In this document: positions 39,517-48,773 of the stretch, piece after piece
How the letters are laid out: each line of letters opens with the position of its first letter
How positions within the stretch are numbered: the first letter of the stretch is position 1
DNA from: Escherichia coli
Lineage (GTDB): Bacteria; Pseudomonadota; Gammaproteobacteria; Enterobacterales; Enterobacteriaceae
DNA: 64,000 bases
Strand: one strand, 5' to 3'
Assembly (NCBI RefSeq): GCF_003790525.1
Contig: NZ_CP033635.1
Position numbers and translations under genes: made by a program
Notes under the pieces: generated by a model
What the model saw: the letters and a program-made list of their open reading frames with translations, nothing else
Database searches by the model: none
What the model was told of the DNA's origin: nothing

Positions 39517-41487
39517 TTACCACTGATAACGGGTATAAAGACTGACAGTTCGGCCTGAAAGCGGCACACCTTTGCCATTCATGGCAAGCTTGTTGAAGGC
39601 ATTATCCAGAGTTACTGACGCCTCAAAGCCTTTAACACTTACAGGCTTATAAGACAGTGAAAAGGAATGTATGGCATAGCCAGCCTGATAGGAGTCGCCT
39701 TTTTTCACATGCGTGGCTGATGCTGAAAGTTCAGCACGCCATCCGGCATAAACGCCTCTATGACCAACAGGTATGCTGATGTCACTGATAAGTGTGTCAG
39801 GATTGCCGGAGCCCAGCCATTCCCTGCTGCTGGCATCCATACTTTCCGTCCGGTTATAAGAAAGCACCCAGTCAACATAATCAGACTGGTAATTTCCCTG
39901 CATATCCCATCCCCAGATACGGGCCCGGGATACATTATAAGAATAAGAACGCATCCGTTTCATATCCACGCGTGTGGCAATATAGTTTCTGGCATCCGTT
40001 CCGAAATATCCGCCTTTTAACTGCAGCCGGTCATTGTCTGTAAGCAGGCCATCCAGTTGAATACCTGCGCCAATCTCACGGGTGATGTTATTTTCTGGTT
40101 TCAGATTAAGGTTAGGAACCCAGTAATTGGGTTTACCCTTGCGGTAAAAATGTACATCATCCCTGTACATTTCTGCCATTGTGGGCGCTCGGAATGCAGA
40201 GGATATGGAGCCGTACATCATCAGCCAGTCTGTCGGTGAGACTGAAATCGCCGCCCTTGGGGACAGGCGTTCGGCTTTCAGTTCTCCGGCACGGGGATTG
40301 AAGCTCTTGTACCGGTCATAGCGGGAACCGACGATAATGTTAACAGGGTAGCTTTTCATTGTCATTTCATCCTGGAAATACAACGATGTAAAGTCAATAT
40401 TTCCTTCCGGATATAGTGTGGCAGAGCCTTCTGGCTTCTGCTGCTGACGGTAATATTCAGCGCCATAACTTAACTGATGGGCTCCCGGAAAAATCAGAGT
40501 ATGACTCCTGTTGACAACATTAACACCGGAGGTTCTGTTGTTTCTCCATTCTGCCGTTTTGTTGTGACCGTTTGTCTTGATAGTGATATCACTGAGATAT
40601 AACGTTGACTGTACATTGATGAGGCTGTTATCCACAGGAGCGTACTGGTACCAGAACTGTACGTCATTTTGTACTGTTTTTCTGTCACGCAGGCCGCTGT
40701 CACCATGTGTCTGAGTGGGATTGCCCGGTTCAGTGGTGTTATTCCGGTAGAGACGCAAGCTGGCACCTGCTTTGTTACTGTCTGTTATACCGACAGAGCC
40801 TTTCGCAAACAGGGCTGCAGGTTTTTCCTTGTTAGGTGCGCGCTCACCATCACTTTGATAGATATTACCTCTTTTACGCATAATGACAGAAAGGATCGCA
40901 TCTGTTTTTCCGGTTTTACCGAACCAGGTGAGCCCCGAGCCTGTGCTGTGGTCACCACTGGCAATATTTCCCCACAGACTTAAACCGTTTGTCTCTCCGG
41001 GGGGAAGGAAATCTGCTGCATCGGCAATTCTGAAGTCCACTACACCTCCCAGCCCGCCACTGCCGTACAGACTGGAGTTTGGCCCGCGGACAACTTCGAT
41101 ACGTTTGACAAGAGCCGGATCCAGATAAGTGCCACTGCTTTTTGCCATGTCACTAAGTTGGCGGACGCCGTCAACAAGAACAAGTACCCCGCTTTTGTCA
41201 TAGCCGCGTAGATTAAAGGTCTGCCCATTGGTCCGTCCTGCACCAGTCTGGCTGAGACCGGCAACACCTTTCAGCATGCCGGCCGATGTAACCGCATTCT
41301 GACTCCACGGTGTGTCATTCGTGACGACACTGACCATCGACGGCGTTTCAAATACCGTGTTCTGATTTCCTGTCGCGACAATGGTGATTGTATCTTTAGC
41401 CATAGAAGAATGACTGGTCGCTGCCTGTAGTCCCACCGGGACTATAATTAATGTACAAATGACAGTTCTGATTACATTCATATACAT
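39517..41487 (-). CDS. TonB-dependent outer-membrane heme/hemoprotein receptor (ChuA/HemR family paralogue)
   Basis: 656 aa. TonB box DTITIVATG, plug domain, FRAP box (SAFRAPTMAEMY) and an NPNL-like box (VPNLNLKPE), terminal YQW. Collinear by eye with recalled ChuA. Confidence 0.85.
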   Translation of the reverse strand: MYMNVIRTVICTLIIVPVGLQAATSHSSMAKDTITIVATGNQNTVFETPSMVSVVTNDTPWSQNAVTSAGMLKGVAGLSQTGAGRTNGQTFNLRGYDKSGVLVLVDGVRQLSDMAKSSGTYLDPALVKRIEVVRGPNSSLYGSGGLGGVVDFRIADAADFLPPGETNGLSLWGNIASGDHSTGSGLTWFGKTGKTDAILSVIMRKRGNIYQSDGERAPNKEKPAALFAKGSVGITDSNKAGASLRLYRNNTTEPGNPTQTHGDSGLRDRKTVQNDVQFWYQYAPVDNSLINVQSTLYLSDITIKTNGHNKTAEWRNNRTSGVNVVNRSHTLIFPGAHQLSYGAEYYRQQQKPEGSATLYPEGNIDFTSLYFQDEMTMKSYPVNIIVGSRYDRYKSFNPRAGELKAERLSPRAAISVSPTDWLMMYGSISSAFRAPTMAEMYRDDVHFYRKGKPNYWVPNLNLKPENNITREIGAGIQLDGLLTDNDRLQLKGGYFGTDARNYIATRVDMKRMRSYSYNVSRARIWGWDMQGNYQSDYVDWVLSYNRTESMDASSREWLGSGNPDTLISDISIPVGHRGVYAGWRAELSASATHVKKGDSYQAGYAIHSFSLSYKPVSVKGFEASVTLDNAFNKLAMNGKGVPLSGRTVSLYTRYQW

Positions 41488-41518
41488 TCATATACATCCG
41501 AAAACATATGCCGGTATT

Positions 41519-41541
41519 AAAATGTTATAACATAACATTTT
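41519..41541. promoter_or_regulatory. AT-rich perfect palindrome, candidate Fur box of the receptor promoter
   Basis: AAAATGTTAT-AAC-ATAACATTTT, 32-54 nt upstream of the receptor ATG. Hexamer content resembles the Fur consensus GATAATGATAATCATTATC. Confidence 0.4.
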
Positions 41542-41722
41542 ATTTATGCAACTCTGATTATGTAGCGTTCAGTGATGAACTGTTAATAATATTCTGTCGA
41601 TCCGCTAAGTGTCAGTGTATGCGGTAAGCCTGCCCTTGAGTCACTGTTTGGCAACTGCTACATCTAAGGTGACGTTATCCGCTGACATCGATATTCCCGT
41701 GGTGAGAGATAACCTAACGCAC

Positions 41723-42600
41723 TGGATTTGCCCCTATATTTCCAGACACCTGTTATCACTTAACCCATTACTGGCCTGCTGCCGTAGATATTCCCGTGGC
41801 GAGCGATAACCCAGTGCACTATGCGGATGCCATTCGTTATAATGCTCGAACGCCTCTGCAAGGTTCTTTGCTGCCGTTAACCCGTCTGGTTTAGGCATGA
41901 TACTGATGTAGTCACGCTTTATCGTTTTCACGAAGCTCTCTGCTATGCCGTTACTCTCCGGACTCCGCACCGCCGTGTTCTTCGGTTCAAGCCCCAACAT
42001 CCGGGCAAACTGCCGTGTTTCATTAGCCCGGTAGCATGAACCATTATCCGTCAGCCACTCTACTGGAGACGCCGGAAGCTCGTTGCCGAAGCGGCGTTCA
42101 ACCGCTCCCAGCATGACGTCCTGTACTGTTTCACTGTCGAAGCCGCCCGTAGTGACCGCCCAGTACAGTGCCTCACGGTCACAGCAGTCCAGCGCGAACG
42201 TGACTCGCAGTCTCTCTCCGTTATCACAGCAGAACTCGAACCCGTCAGAACACCGTCGCTGATTGTTTTCTTTTACGGCCACTCTGCCTGTATGTGCCCG
42301 TTTCGATGATGGTACAGCAGGTTTTCGCTCAAGCAATAGCGCATTCTGGAGCATGATCCGGTAAACACGTTTGGCATTGATATCAGGCATACCATCAAGT
42401 TCTGCCTGTCTGCGAAGCAGCGCCCATACCCGACGATAACCATACGTGGGCAGCTCTCCGATAACATGGTGTATACGGAGAAGCACATCCGTATCATCAG
42501 TGTGACGACTGCGGCGGCCATCCAGTCATCGGTTCGTCTGAGAATGACGTGCAACTGCGCACGCGACACCCGGAGACAACGGCTGACTAAGCTTACTCCC
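41723..42600 (-). mobile_element. IS2 partial copy (right end plus orfB/InsD with a frameshift; orfA and left end deleted)
   Basis: IS2 terminus TGGATTTGCCCCTATATTTCCAGACACCTGTTATCACTTAA at 41723. ORF 41734..42486 matches recalled InsD from [20 protein letters not shown] to the end. The upstream part [29 protein letters not shown] is in another frame. Confidence 0.8.
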
Positions 42601-42850
42601 CATCCTTTCAGGCCTACAGCTACTCCACGTAAGGTGTTCTCTGCGATGTTGTTGTCGATTTCCGCCTGACCATTATGCAGTACACGTTCAGCGCATCCCA
42701 CTGTTTCGGCAGGCATGCGAACGCTTTTACTGTATCCGGGTAACGCGACAGTGTTTTCATCTGTTGCTGTATCCAGTCATACTACGCCTGCATCATTGGT
42801 AGCACCTGGGCTTTTTTTGCCGCAGGCGCTGGTTCGCAGACTACTAAAAT
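42601..42850 (-). pseudogene. IS66-family tnpC internal fragment interrupted by the IS2 copy
   Basis: ...[22 protein letters not shown]...[17 protein letters not shown] parallels residues of the tnpC at 35818..36438. Confidence 0.5.
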
Positions 42851-42868
42851 AATACGCGGTTTTTCATT

Positions 42869-44101
42869 TTACGGACGGGCAGCCAGAAGACACAGTTGAA
42901 ATGCCACATTATACGATTCCTCAAAGGATTTTAGAGGTAGAAACTCAAATATGGAGTGAAAATTATGTGCGCCAGTAAAAAAATTAGGCGTCAAAATTCC
43001 TCTGGCTGACAGAACTGCACCATCAGTTCCACCACGCATTGGTATCGGTTTTGGTGTAATTCCCAGCATATTCATGGACTCAAAGAGTAGATCTACAGCA
43101 CGTCTGTCTTTGTTTAAAGCATTACTAATATTGCTGTAGATATCAGTGATCGTGAACTCAACCCTGGCTGTCGGATATCGGGAAGATATTTTATGTGCAA
43201 CAGCAGCAATCTGTTGTTTTCTGCGAGTAAAACTGGATTGATCAAAATCACGTATACTTGCCTGTAACACAGCATTACTTTGTCCGGCATTCATACCATT
43301 GAACCAGATATAACCTTCACGACCAGCGGTATTCTCCGGTGTTTCAAGGCGATCAAATTCATTTATGTAATCACAGGCCATCAGTAATGGATTAACTAAT
43401 ACATTTTTTGCAGACATCGGATGTGCCGTTACACCAGTAAAACGGATCTCTGCAGATGCAGCGTTAAAGTTTTCATAAACAATCTCTCCTGACTCGCAAC
43501 AGTCAATTGTCCAGGCAAAGTCAACAGAAAAACGTTGTAAATCAAGAGACTTAGCTCCACGCAAGCCTGTTTCCTCATCAGGGACAAATGCAACCACAAT
43601 ATCACCATGCTGATGTTCTGAGGTCAGATTCTCCAGCATAGTCATCACTACCGAAACAGCGGCTTTATTATCAGCCCCTAGTACACTTGTTCCGTCGCTG
43701 AAAATAATGTCTTCCCCCCGATATTTCAGAATTTCGGGATGCTCTTTGACCCGCAGCCAGATATCTTTTTCTGCATTGAGACACAAATCTTCACCTGTAA
43801 ATTTCAAAATTTGTGGATGAATATCCGGAGATAAACCAACATCTACTGTATCAATATGAGTAATGAAACCAATTCGAGGCGCACCCGGAATATTACCTTT
43901 TTTCACCGCGGTGACCGTTGCATGCTCATCAACAATAATATCGTCCATATCCAGCAACGCCAGTTCATCTGCAAGTGTCCGGGCCATCTCATACTGTCCT
44001 TGTGTGGACGGAAGGGATGCTGAATTTGGGTCACTCTGGCTACTGATTGAAAGGTAGCGAAAGAAACGTTGGATTAATTGACTGCTTAATGGGGAGTACA
44101 T
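42869..44101 (-). CDS. tripeptide aminopeptidase PepT-like (M20B)
   Basis: ATG 44101 after GAAGGAAAAG. Blocks GFITHIDTV, LGADNKAAV, VAFVPDEETG and PMRGGTDGA are collinear with recalled E. coli PepT. Confidence 0.82.
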   Translation of the reverse strand: MYSPLSSQLIQRFFRYLSISSQSDPNSASLPSTQGQYEMARTLADELALLDMDDIIVDEHATVTAVKKGNIPGAPRIGFITHIDTVDVGLSPDIHPQILKFTGEDLCLNAEKDIWLRVKEHPEILKYRGEDIIFSDGTSVLGADNKAAVSVVMTMLENLTSEHQHGDIVVAFVPDEETGLRGAKSLDLQRFSVDFAWTIDCCESGEIVYENFNAASAEIRFTGVTAHPMSAKNVLVNPLLMACDYINEFDRLETPENTAGREGYIWFNGMNAGQSNAVLQASIRDFDQSSFTRRKQQIAAVAHKISSRYPTARVEFTITDIYSNISNALNKDRRAVDLLFESMNMLGITPKPIPMRGGTDGAVLSARGILTPNFFTGAHNFHSIFEFLPLKSFEESYNVAFQLCLLAARP

Positions 44102-44219
44102 AACTTTTCCTTCTTTTTTTGTGTTATGAGGTGAATGCAATACGCATTTAATGTTATTTATTAATCTGTAAACGATGCGGATTCATCACTCCATATTGTC
44201 AAAGAAAACAGGAAAAGTC

Positions 44220-45812
44220 ATGGTAAGAAGATTAGCGACTATTGCACCGTTACTGGTTGCGTTGGGTGTAAGCTCAACTGTTTATGCAAAGACACTGGTT
44301 TACTGCTCTGAAGGCTCACCTGAGAGTTTTAATCCTCAGCTTTATACTTCGGGGACCAGTGTTGATGCAAGTGCTGTTCCGGTGTATAACCGACTGGTTG
44401 ATTTTAAGGTGGGCACTACTGTGCTGGTTCCCAGCCTGGCTGAACGATGGGAAATCAGTGGTGACGGGAAAGCATATACTTTTTATCTGCGTAAAGGCGT
44501 TAAATTTCACAGTAATAAATACTTTACTCCAACGCGAGAGTTTAATGCTGATGATGTTATTTTTTCATTTATGCGCCAGAAGGATCCTGGTCATCCATAT
44601 CACCAAGTTTCTGGTGGGACGTATTCTAATTTTGAAAGTCTGGAATTCAGTTCACTCATAACCAGTATCGACAGAGTTGATGATCATACAGTTCGCTTTA
44701 ATCTTTCACATCCGGAGGCTCCCTTTATTGCTGATTTAGCCTGGTATTTTGCTTCTGTTTTATCCGCTGAATATGCTGATGCTATGCTTAAAGCCGGAAC
44801 ACCTGAACGGGTTGATATGAATCCAATTGGGACAGGGCCATATCAACTCAAACAATATCAGAAAGATTCGCGTATTTTATTTACGGCTTTTGATGATTAC
44901 TGGGAGGGGAAAGCAAAACTGGAACGCATTGTTTTCAGTATCACACCAGATTCCTCAGTGCGTCTGGCTAAACTGGAGAAAAATGAGTGTCAGGTGATGC
45001 CGTTTCCTAATCCATCAGATCTTTCCAGAATCAAAAAAAATCCGGCTCTTAAATTGATGAGTAAAGCCGGACTTAATACAGGTTTTCTTGCTTTCAATAC
45101 GCAAAAAGCTCCTCTGGATAATGTAAAAGTTCGTCAGGCACTGGCAACAGCAATTAATAAAAATGCCATTATAGATGCTGTATTTCAGGGGACTGGTAGT
45201 GCTGCTAAAAATCTGCTGCCACCAGGAGTATGGAGTGCAGACAGTGAATTGAAAGATTATGAATATGATCCAGAAAAAGCCAGATCATTGCTAAAAGAAG
45301 CTGGTTTTGATAATGGAATGACTATTGATCTTTGGGCGATGCCAGTTCAACGCCCTTATAACCCAAACGCTAAACGAATGGCCGAAATGATTCAGGCTGA
45401 CTGGGCAAAAGTGGGAGTAAAAACAAACATTATCACTTTTGAATGGGGGGAATATCTTAATCGTATAAAGAACGGAGAGCATCAGGCTGCGTTGATGGGA
45501 TGGACAACCGCAACAGGTGATCCTGATAATTTTTTTGGTCCACTCTTTACCTGCACTTCTGCTAACGGTGGTTCTAATTCCGCGAAGTGGTGCTACAAAC
45601 CTTTCGATGAAATTATTTCTCAGGCTAAAGTAATAACTGATCAGGAAAAACGAGCAGTGCTCTATAAAAAAGCACAACAGATGATGCATGAACAAATACC
45701 AGCGGTGATGATTGCACATTCCACCATTTTTGAACCAATACGCAATGAAGTCACAGGTTATGAAATAGATCCATTTGGTAAACATATTTTTTATCAGGTT
45801 GATATAAAATAA
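44220..45812 (+). CDS. DppA/OppA-family (cluster C, peptide) ABC substrate-binding protein, orphan
   Basis: ATG 44220. Signal peptide MVRRLATIAPLLVALGVSSTVYA, then KTLVYCSEGSPESFNPQ..., which is very DppA-like. No permease or ATPase genes follow. Confidence 0.85.
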   Translation: MVRRLATIAPLLVALGVSSTVYAKTLVYCSEGSPESFNPQLYTSGTSVDASAVPVYNRLVDFKVGTTVLVPSLAERWEISGDGKAYTFYLRKGVKFHSNKYFTPTREFNADDVIFSFMRQKDPGHPYHQVSGGTYSNFESLEFSSLITSIDRVDDHTVRFNLSHPEAPFIADLAWYFASVLSAEYADAMLKAGTPERVDMNPIGTGPYQLKQYQKDSRILFTAFDDYWEGKAKLERIVFSITPDSSVRLAKLEKNECQVMPFPNPSDLSRIKKNPALKLMSKAGLNTGFLAFNTQKAPLDNVKVRQALATAINKNAIIDAVFQGTGSAAKNLLPPGVWSADSELKDYEYDPEKARSLLKEAGFDNGMTIDLWAMPVQRPYNPNAKRMAEMIQADWAKVGVKTNIITFEWGEYLNRIKNGEHQAALMGWTTATGDPDNFFGPLFTCTSANGGSNSAKWCYKPFDEIISQAKVITDQEKRAVLYKKAQQMMHEQIPAVMIAHSTIFEPIRNEVTGYEIDPFGKHIFYQVDIK

Positions 45813-45817
45813 CAGGT

Positions 45818-46035
45818 GTAAGCTCCGTCTGTGACGTCTGGTGATAGTTGTCCAGTCTGGTAACAATAGCGTCCATCTATACAGATGGACGCGAATGATG
45901 AATTTTCAGACAACAAGATATTGATGGTTTTCGTTTTTATCTGCCCGACGCATTACGTCTAATATTCGAAGAACAATTATCTGTCTAGTTAATCGCTCAT
46001 CAGTCAGGGCTAAGTCATTTCACCATCACGATTTT
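45818..46035 (+). mobile_element. IS66-family left-end fragment (copy C, inverted relative to copies A and B) with a decayed orf1 start
   Basis: GTAAGCTCCGTCTGTGACGTC... starts 6 bp after the dppA-like stop. Aligns with the reverse complement of 38453-38542. The orf1 remnant reads MNFQTTRY*...FRFYLPDALRLIFEE... Confidence 0.6.
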
Positions 46036-46043
46036 TTTAACTA

Positions 46044-46154
46044 TTACCCGAATGAGCAAAGTGAGGATGATGCCATGACGCAGGTCAGAGCGACCAGCAC
46101 CGCGACAATTAATAAAACAGGAAGGCTGCGCGTTTCAGACAGTGATGTCAACAT
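46044..46154 (-). pseudogene. hok/gef-family type I toxin remnant (C-terminally truncated)
   Basis: Manual translation gives MLTSLSETRSLPVLLIVAVLVALTCVMASSSLCSFG*. The hydrophobic helix and the spacing from LIV to SLC match Hok family members (e.g. recalled HokE ...[22 protein letters not shown]...). The periplasmic C-terminal ~20 aa are absent and no SD is evident. Confidence 0.4.
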
Positions 46155-46910
46155 AAACTATCAGTAACGTTAACTGCATCAGAAGCACAAGTATGGATTT
46201 TACCATTGTGCAGAACGACTTGCCCATGGGAAATAATAAATTTAATAAAAAAAGAAAGATATGGTTGCAAATATTATAATATCCCGGGCAACGATCCTGA
46301 TTTTCTCAATACATGTTTTCCTCACGTATTTGTTCTTCAAAGAGCAATCAGCATCTGTTACTGAATGGTTGTTATGAGCATTAAAAGAATAACGGGAAGT
46401 CGGTGACGTGGGGATATGTCGCGTGTTGAATTATACAAAGGGCCGACATCTTCATGGTGTCGGCCAGTCATAAGTGCCAGATATTAACCGTCAGTTACAG
46501 GGGGTAACCGCAGGAAACAGGCTACGCTCCGGGTAACGGGTTATCAATAGTTATTTATTTACTTAAATTCAGTGATTTTGTTCTGTATCATTGCGCTTTC
46601 TTACTGGTATAAATAATGATCGATTGATTTTCGCATGAGCATCAGAATTTGTCGTAATTTGAGGTCCAGGTGCTGTACATACAGGAATATGGTTCTGTCA
46701 GCGGTAGATTGCCGTTGCTGAGCAGAATGTTCAGGCTGGATGGTGAGATTACAGCTGATATTGCTGTGCTGATGGCAGAATGGTAAACGTTAAGTGCGCG
46801 TTCCCGGCAATGAAGGCAAACACGTCATGACAGCAACGCAAAATAAACCAGGAACGCGCGGTATTTTTTATCCCGAATGAAAGCGATTGTCCATATCCGG
46901 TAATAAATAT

Positions 46911-47162
46911 TCAGCAGTATGTAAAGTGCGGTTTGCCCGGTTCTGGTGGAAGGGGCTCCAGATACACATCATCAACAAACACACACGGGAATTTATCCAC
47001 CGGGCAGCCTGCACGGTCAGCCATATCCTGCAGCGTCACACTGTGCTTCGCGACATCAATAAACACAACATCCGGTTCCATTTCATCGGGGATTCGGGTT
47101 GCGTGATGCATAATGCGATGGACTGAAGGGCAGTGACGGTAACCAAAAACACGTATACGCAT
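46911..47162 (-). CDS. small hypothetical protein, possibly glutaredoxin/NrdH-like fold without a CxxC
   Basis: 83 aa. The order MRIRVFGYRHCPSVH...VVFIDV...FPCVFVDD resembles the beta-alpha-beta order of Grx/NrdH. The assignment is weak. Confidence 0.4.
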   Translation of the reverse strand: MRIRVFGYRHCPSVHRIMHHATRIPDEMEPDVVFIDVAKHSVTLQDMADRAGCPVDKFPCVFVDDVYLEPLPPEPGKPHFTYC

Positions 47163-47485
47163 GATGTACCTCCTGGTTGCAGGGTGACTGTATCATCAGA
47201 CCTTATCATGCGTTTAAAAAATGTACTGTAACTCACATTTTTTGGTAAGACGGTGGCTATTACTGCAAATGATGATGGCTCAGTTTTTATTTTTTATTCA
47301 ATATTTTCATGTTGTTATTGTTATTTTGTTTGTTCATACCCTGTGTGGTTCCCCGTTCTTTACATTCAGGCACTTCCGTTTCCTTTAACGTTTTCGTTAC
47401 TCTCTGAAGCTTGTGGTATCTGTGATTACTGATGCCTGCCGTCATACTGCGAAATACCGGATATCAGACCGTGGAGGATTCTGCC

Positions 47486-48058
47486 ATGCAACGCTGGTTT
47501 CTGCCTTTTCTTGCGTCTCTGTTGCTGTTACAGGGTTGTGTTGCCGCTGCGCTGGTCGGTACGGCTGCTGTGGGTACTAAAGTGTCAGTGGATCCCCGAA
47601 GTGCGGGAACGCAGATTGATGATGAAATTCTGGAAGCAAGGGTCAGCCGTGCGCTGTCGAAGGACTCACAACTCAGGGGTGATGCGCGAATTATCGTCAC
47701 AGCATACCAGGGCACTGTACTGCTGACAGGGCAGGTACCAGACCGTAGTGCAGGTGAAAGAGCCCGTCAGATTGCAGATGGTGTTGAGGGGACTGTGCAG
47801 GTATGGAATGAAATAAGGACGGGAAAACCACTCCGTGCTGATAAAACAACCACTGATGCCTGGCTGACCACAAAAATCCGGGCACAGTTACTGAAGAGCA
47901 GCCGGGTGAAACTGTCAGATGTAAAGGTACTGACGGAGAATGGTGAAGTCTTTCTTATGGGGAGAGTTACAGAGAAGGAAGGACAGGCTGCTGCAGATAT
48001 CGCCAGTCGCGTGGCGGGGGTGAAACACGTCATCACCGCATTCAGTTATATACGATGA
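47486..48058 (+). CDS. dual-BON-domain outer-membrane lipoprotein, DolP (YraP) paralogue
   Basis: ATG 47486 after GGAGGA. Lipobox LLLQGC. Two BON-like repeats (...IIVTAYQGTVLLTGQV... and ...VKVLTENGEVFLMGRV...), as in DolP. Confidence 0.8.
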   Translation: MQRWFLPFLASLLLLQGCVAAALVGTAAVGTKVSVDPRSAGTQIDDEILEARVSRALSKDSQLRGDARIIVTAYQGTVLLTGQVPDRSAGERARQIADGVEGTVQVWNEIRTGKPLRADKTTTDAWLTTKIRAQLLKSSRVKLSDVKVLTENGEVFLMGRVTEKEGQAAADIASRVAGVKHVITAFSYIR

Positions 48059-48065
48059 GTATGGA

Positions 48066-48096
48066 GAGCCCGTTCGTTCGGGCTCTGTATTTATCT
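48066..48096. terminator. bidirectional hairpin terminator between the convergent dolP-like and yebF-like genes
   Basis: GAGCCCG-ttcgtt-CGGGCTC followed by a T-rich tract. Confidence 0.65.
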
Positions 48097-48105
48097 TCCC
48101 CCCGT

Positions 48106-48459
48106 TCATCCCTGGCGTTGCCAGGTGGCACTTCCGTTCTTACAGTCAACGCGCACACGATACTGAATATCTGCTTTCTTTCCACGGGCAGTGAGATGCA
48201 CAGTGATGACATTATCACCTTTATTTACCGGCTCACGAAGATTCACCCAGACAACGGGACGCTGCTGACCGAGAATTTCCTGGTCATCTTTCCACTGAAA
48301 CACCTGTTTCTGGAGATAGTCCCGTTTGACGCTGGCTGCAACAGTCGATGCTTCCTGTCCTTCACATCGTGGAAAACTGACGGTTCTGTTTTTTTCAGCG
48401 GCCAGTGATGATGCACAGATACCGAAGATGAGCAGAATGGAAGAGAGTGCTTTGTTCAT
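48106..48459 (-). CDS. YebF-family secreted protein paralogue
   Basis: 117 aa with a signal peptide. [24 protein letters not shown]...[20 protein letters not shown] aligns by eye with recalled YebF ([24 protein letters not shown]...[21 protein letters not shown]). Confidence 0.8.
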   Translation of the reverse strand: [117 protein letters not shown]

Positions 48460-48773
48460 TTACAGGTCCTCCACAGGGGATAGTTTCATTGAGGAGTTAC
48501 ATCTTAACAACATAAAACAGCATTTCCTGTAACAATCCTCACATAACTTCTTATCCCGTCACTTCCCGTTTCACATGGGCAGCATAGCCTGTTTTTTAAC
48601 CCGTTTTTCAGTCATTTCCATAAACAAATCTTCGCTGACGATAAATCTTTTTTCTGTTTAACGATCGATTTTGTCGATCGATATGATATGTATAATTCAT
48701 TTTACCAATGAGAAATCCATCTTAAAATTGGACAAATTCATATGTCTGAAGGAAACATCAGGAGAGGTGGATT

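Noticed and set aside
45291-45866. 191-aa minus-strand ORF
   Set aside because: It is antisense to the 3' half of the well-supported dppA-like gene and runs into the IS66 terminus. Its composition (Phe/Ile/Cys-rich) is typical of AT-rich antisense frames.
46636-46786. Possible small gene or gene tail ending ...EYGSVSGRLPLLSRMFRLDGEITADIAVLMAEW* (stop 46784-46786)
   Set aside because: The frame is closed by a stop at 46655-46657, leaving only a GTG-initiated ~38 codons with no SD. It is probably the 3' remnant of a lost gene, and I cannot identify the family.
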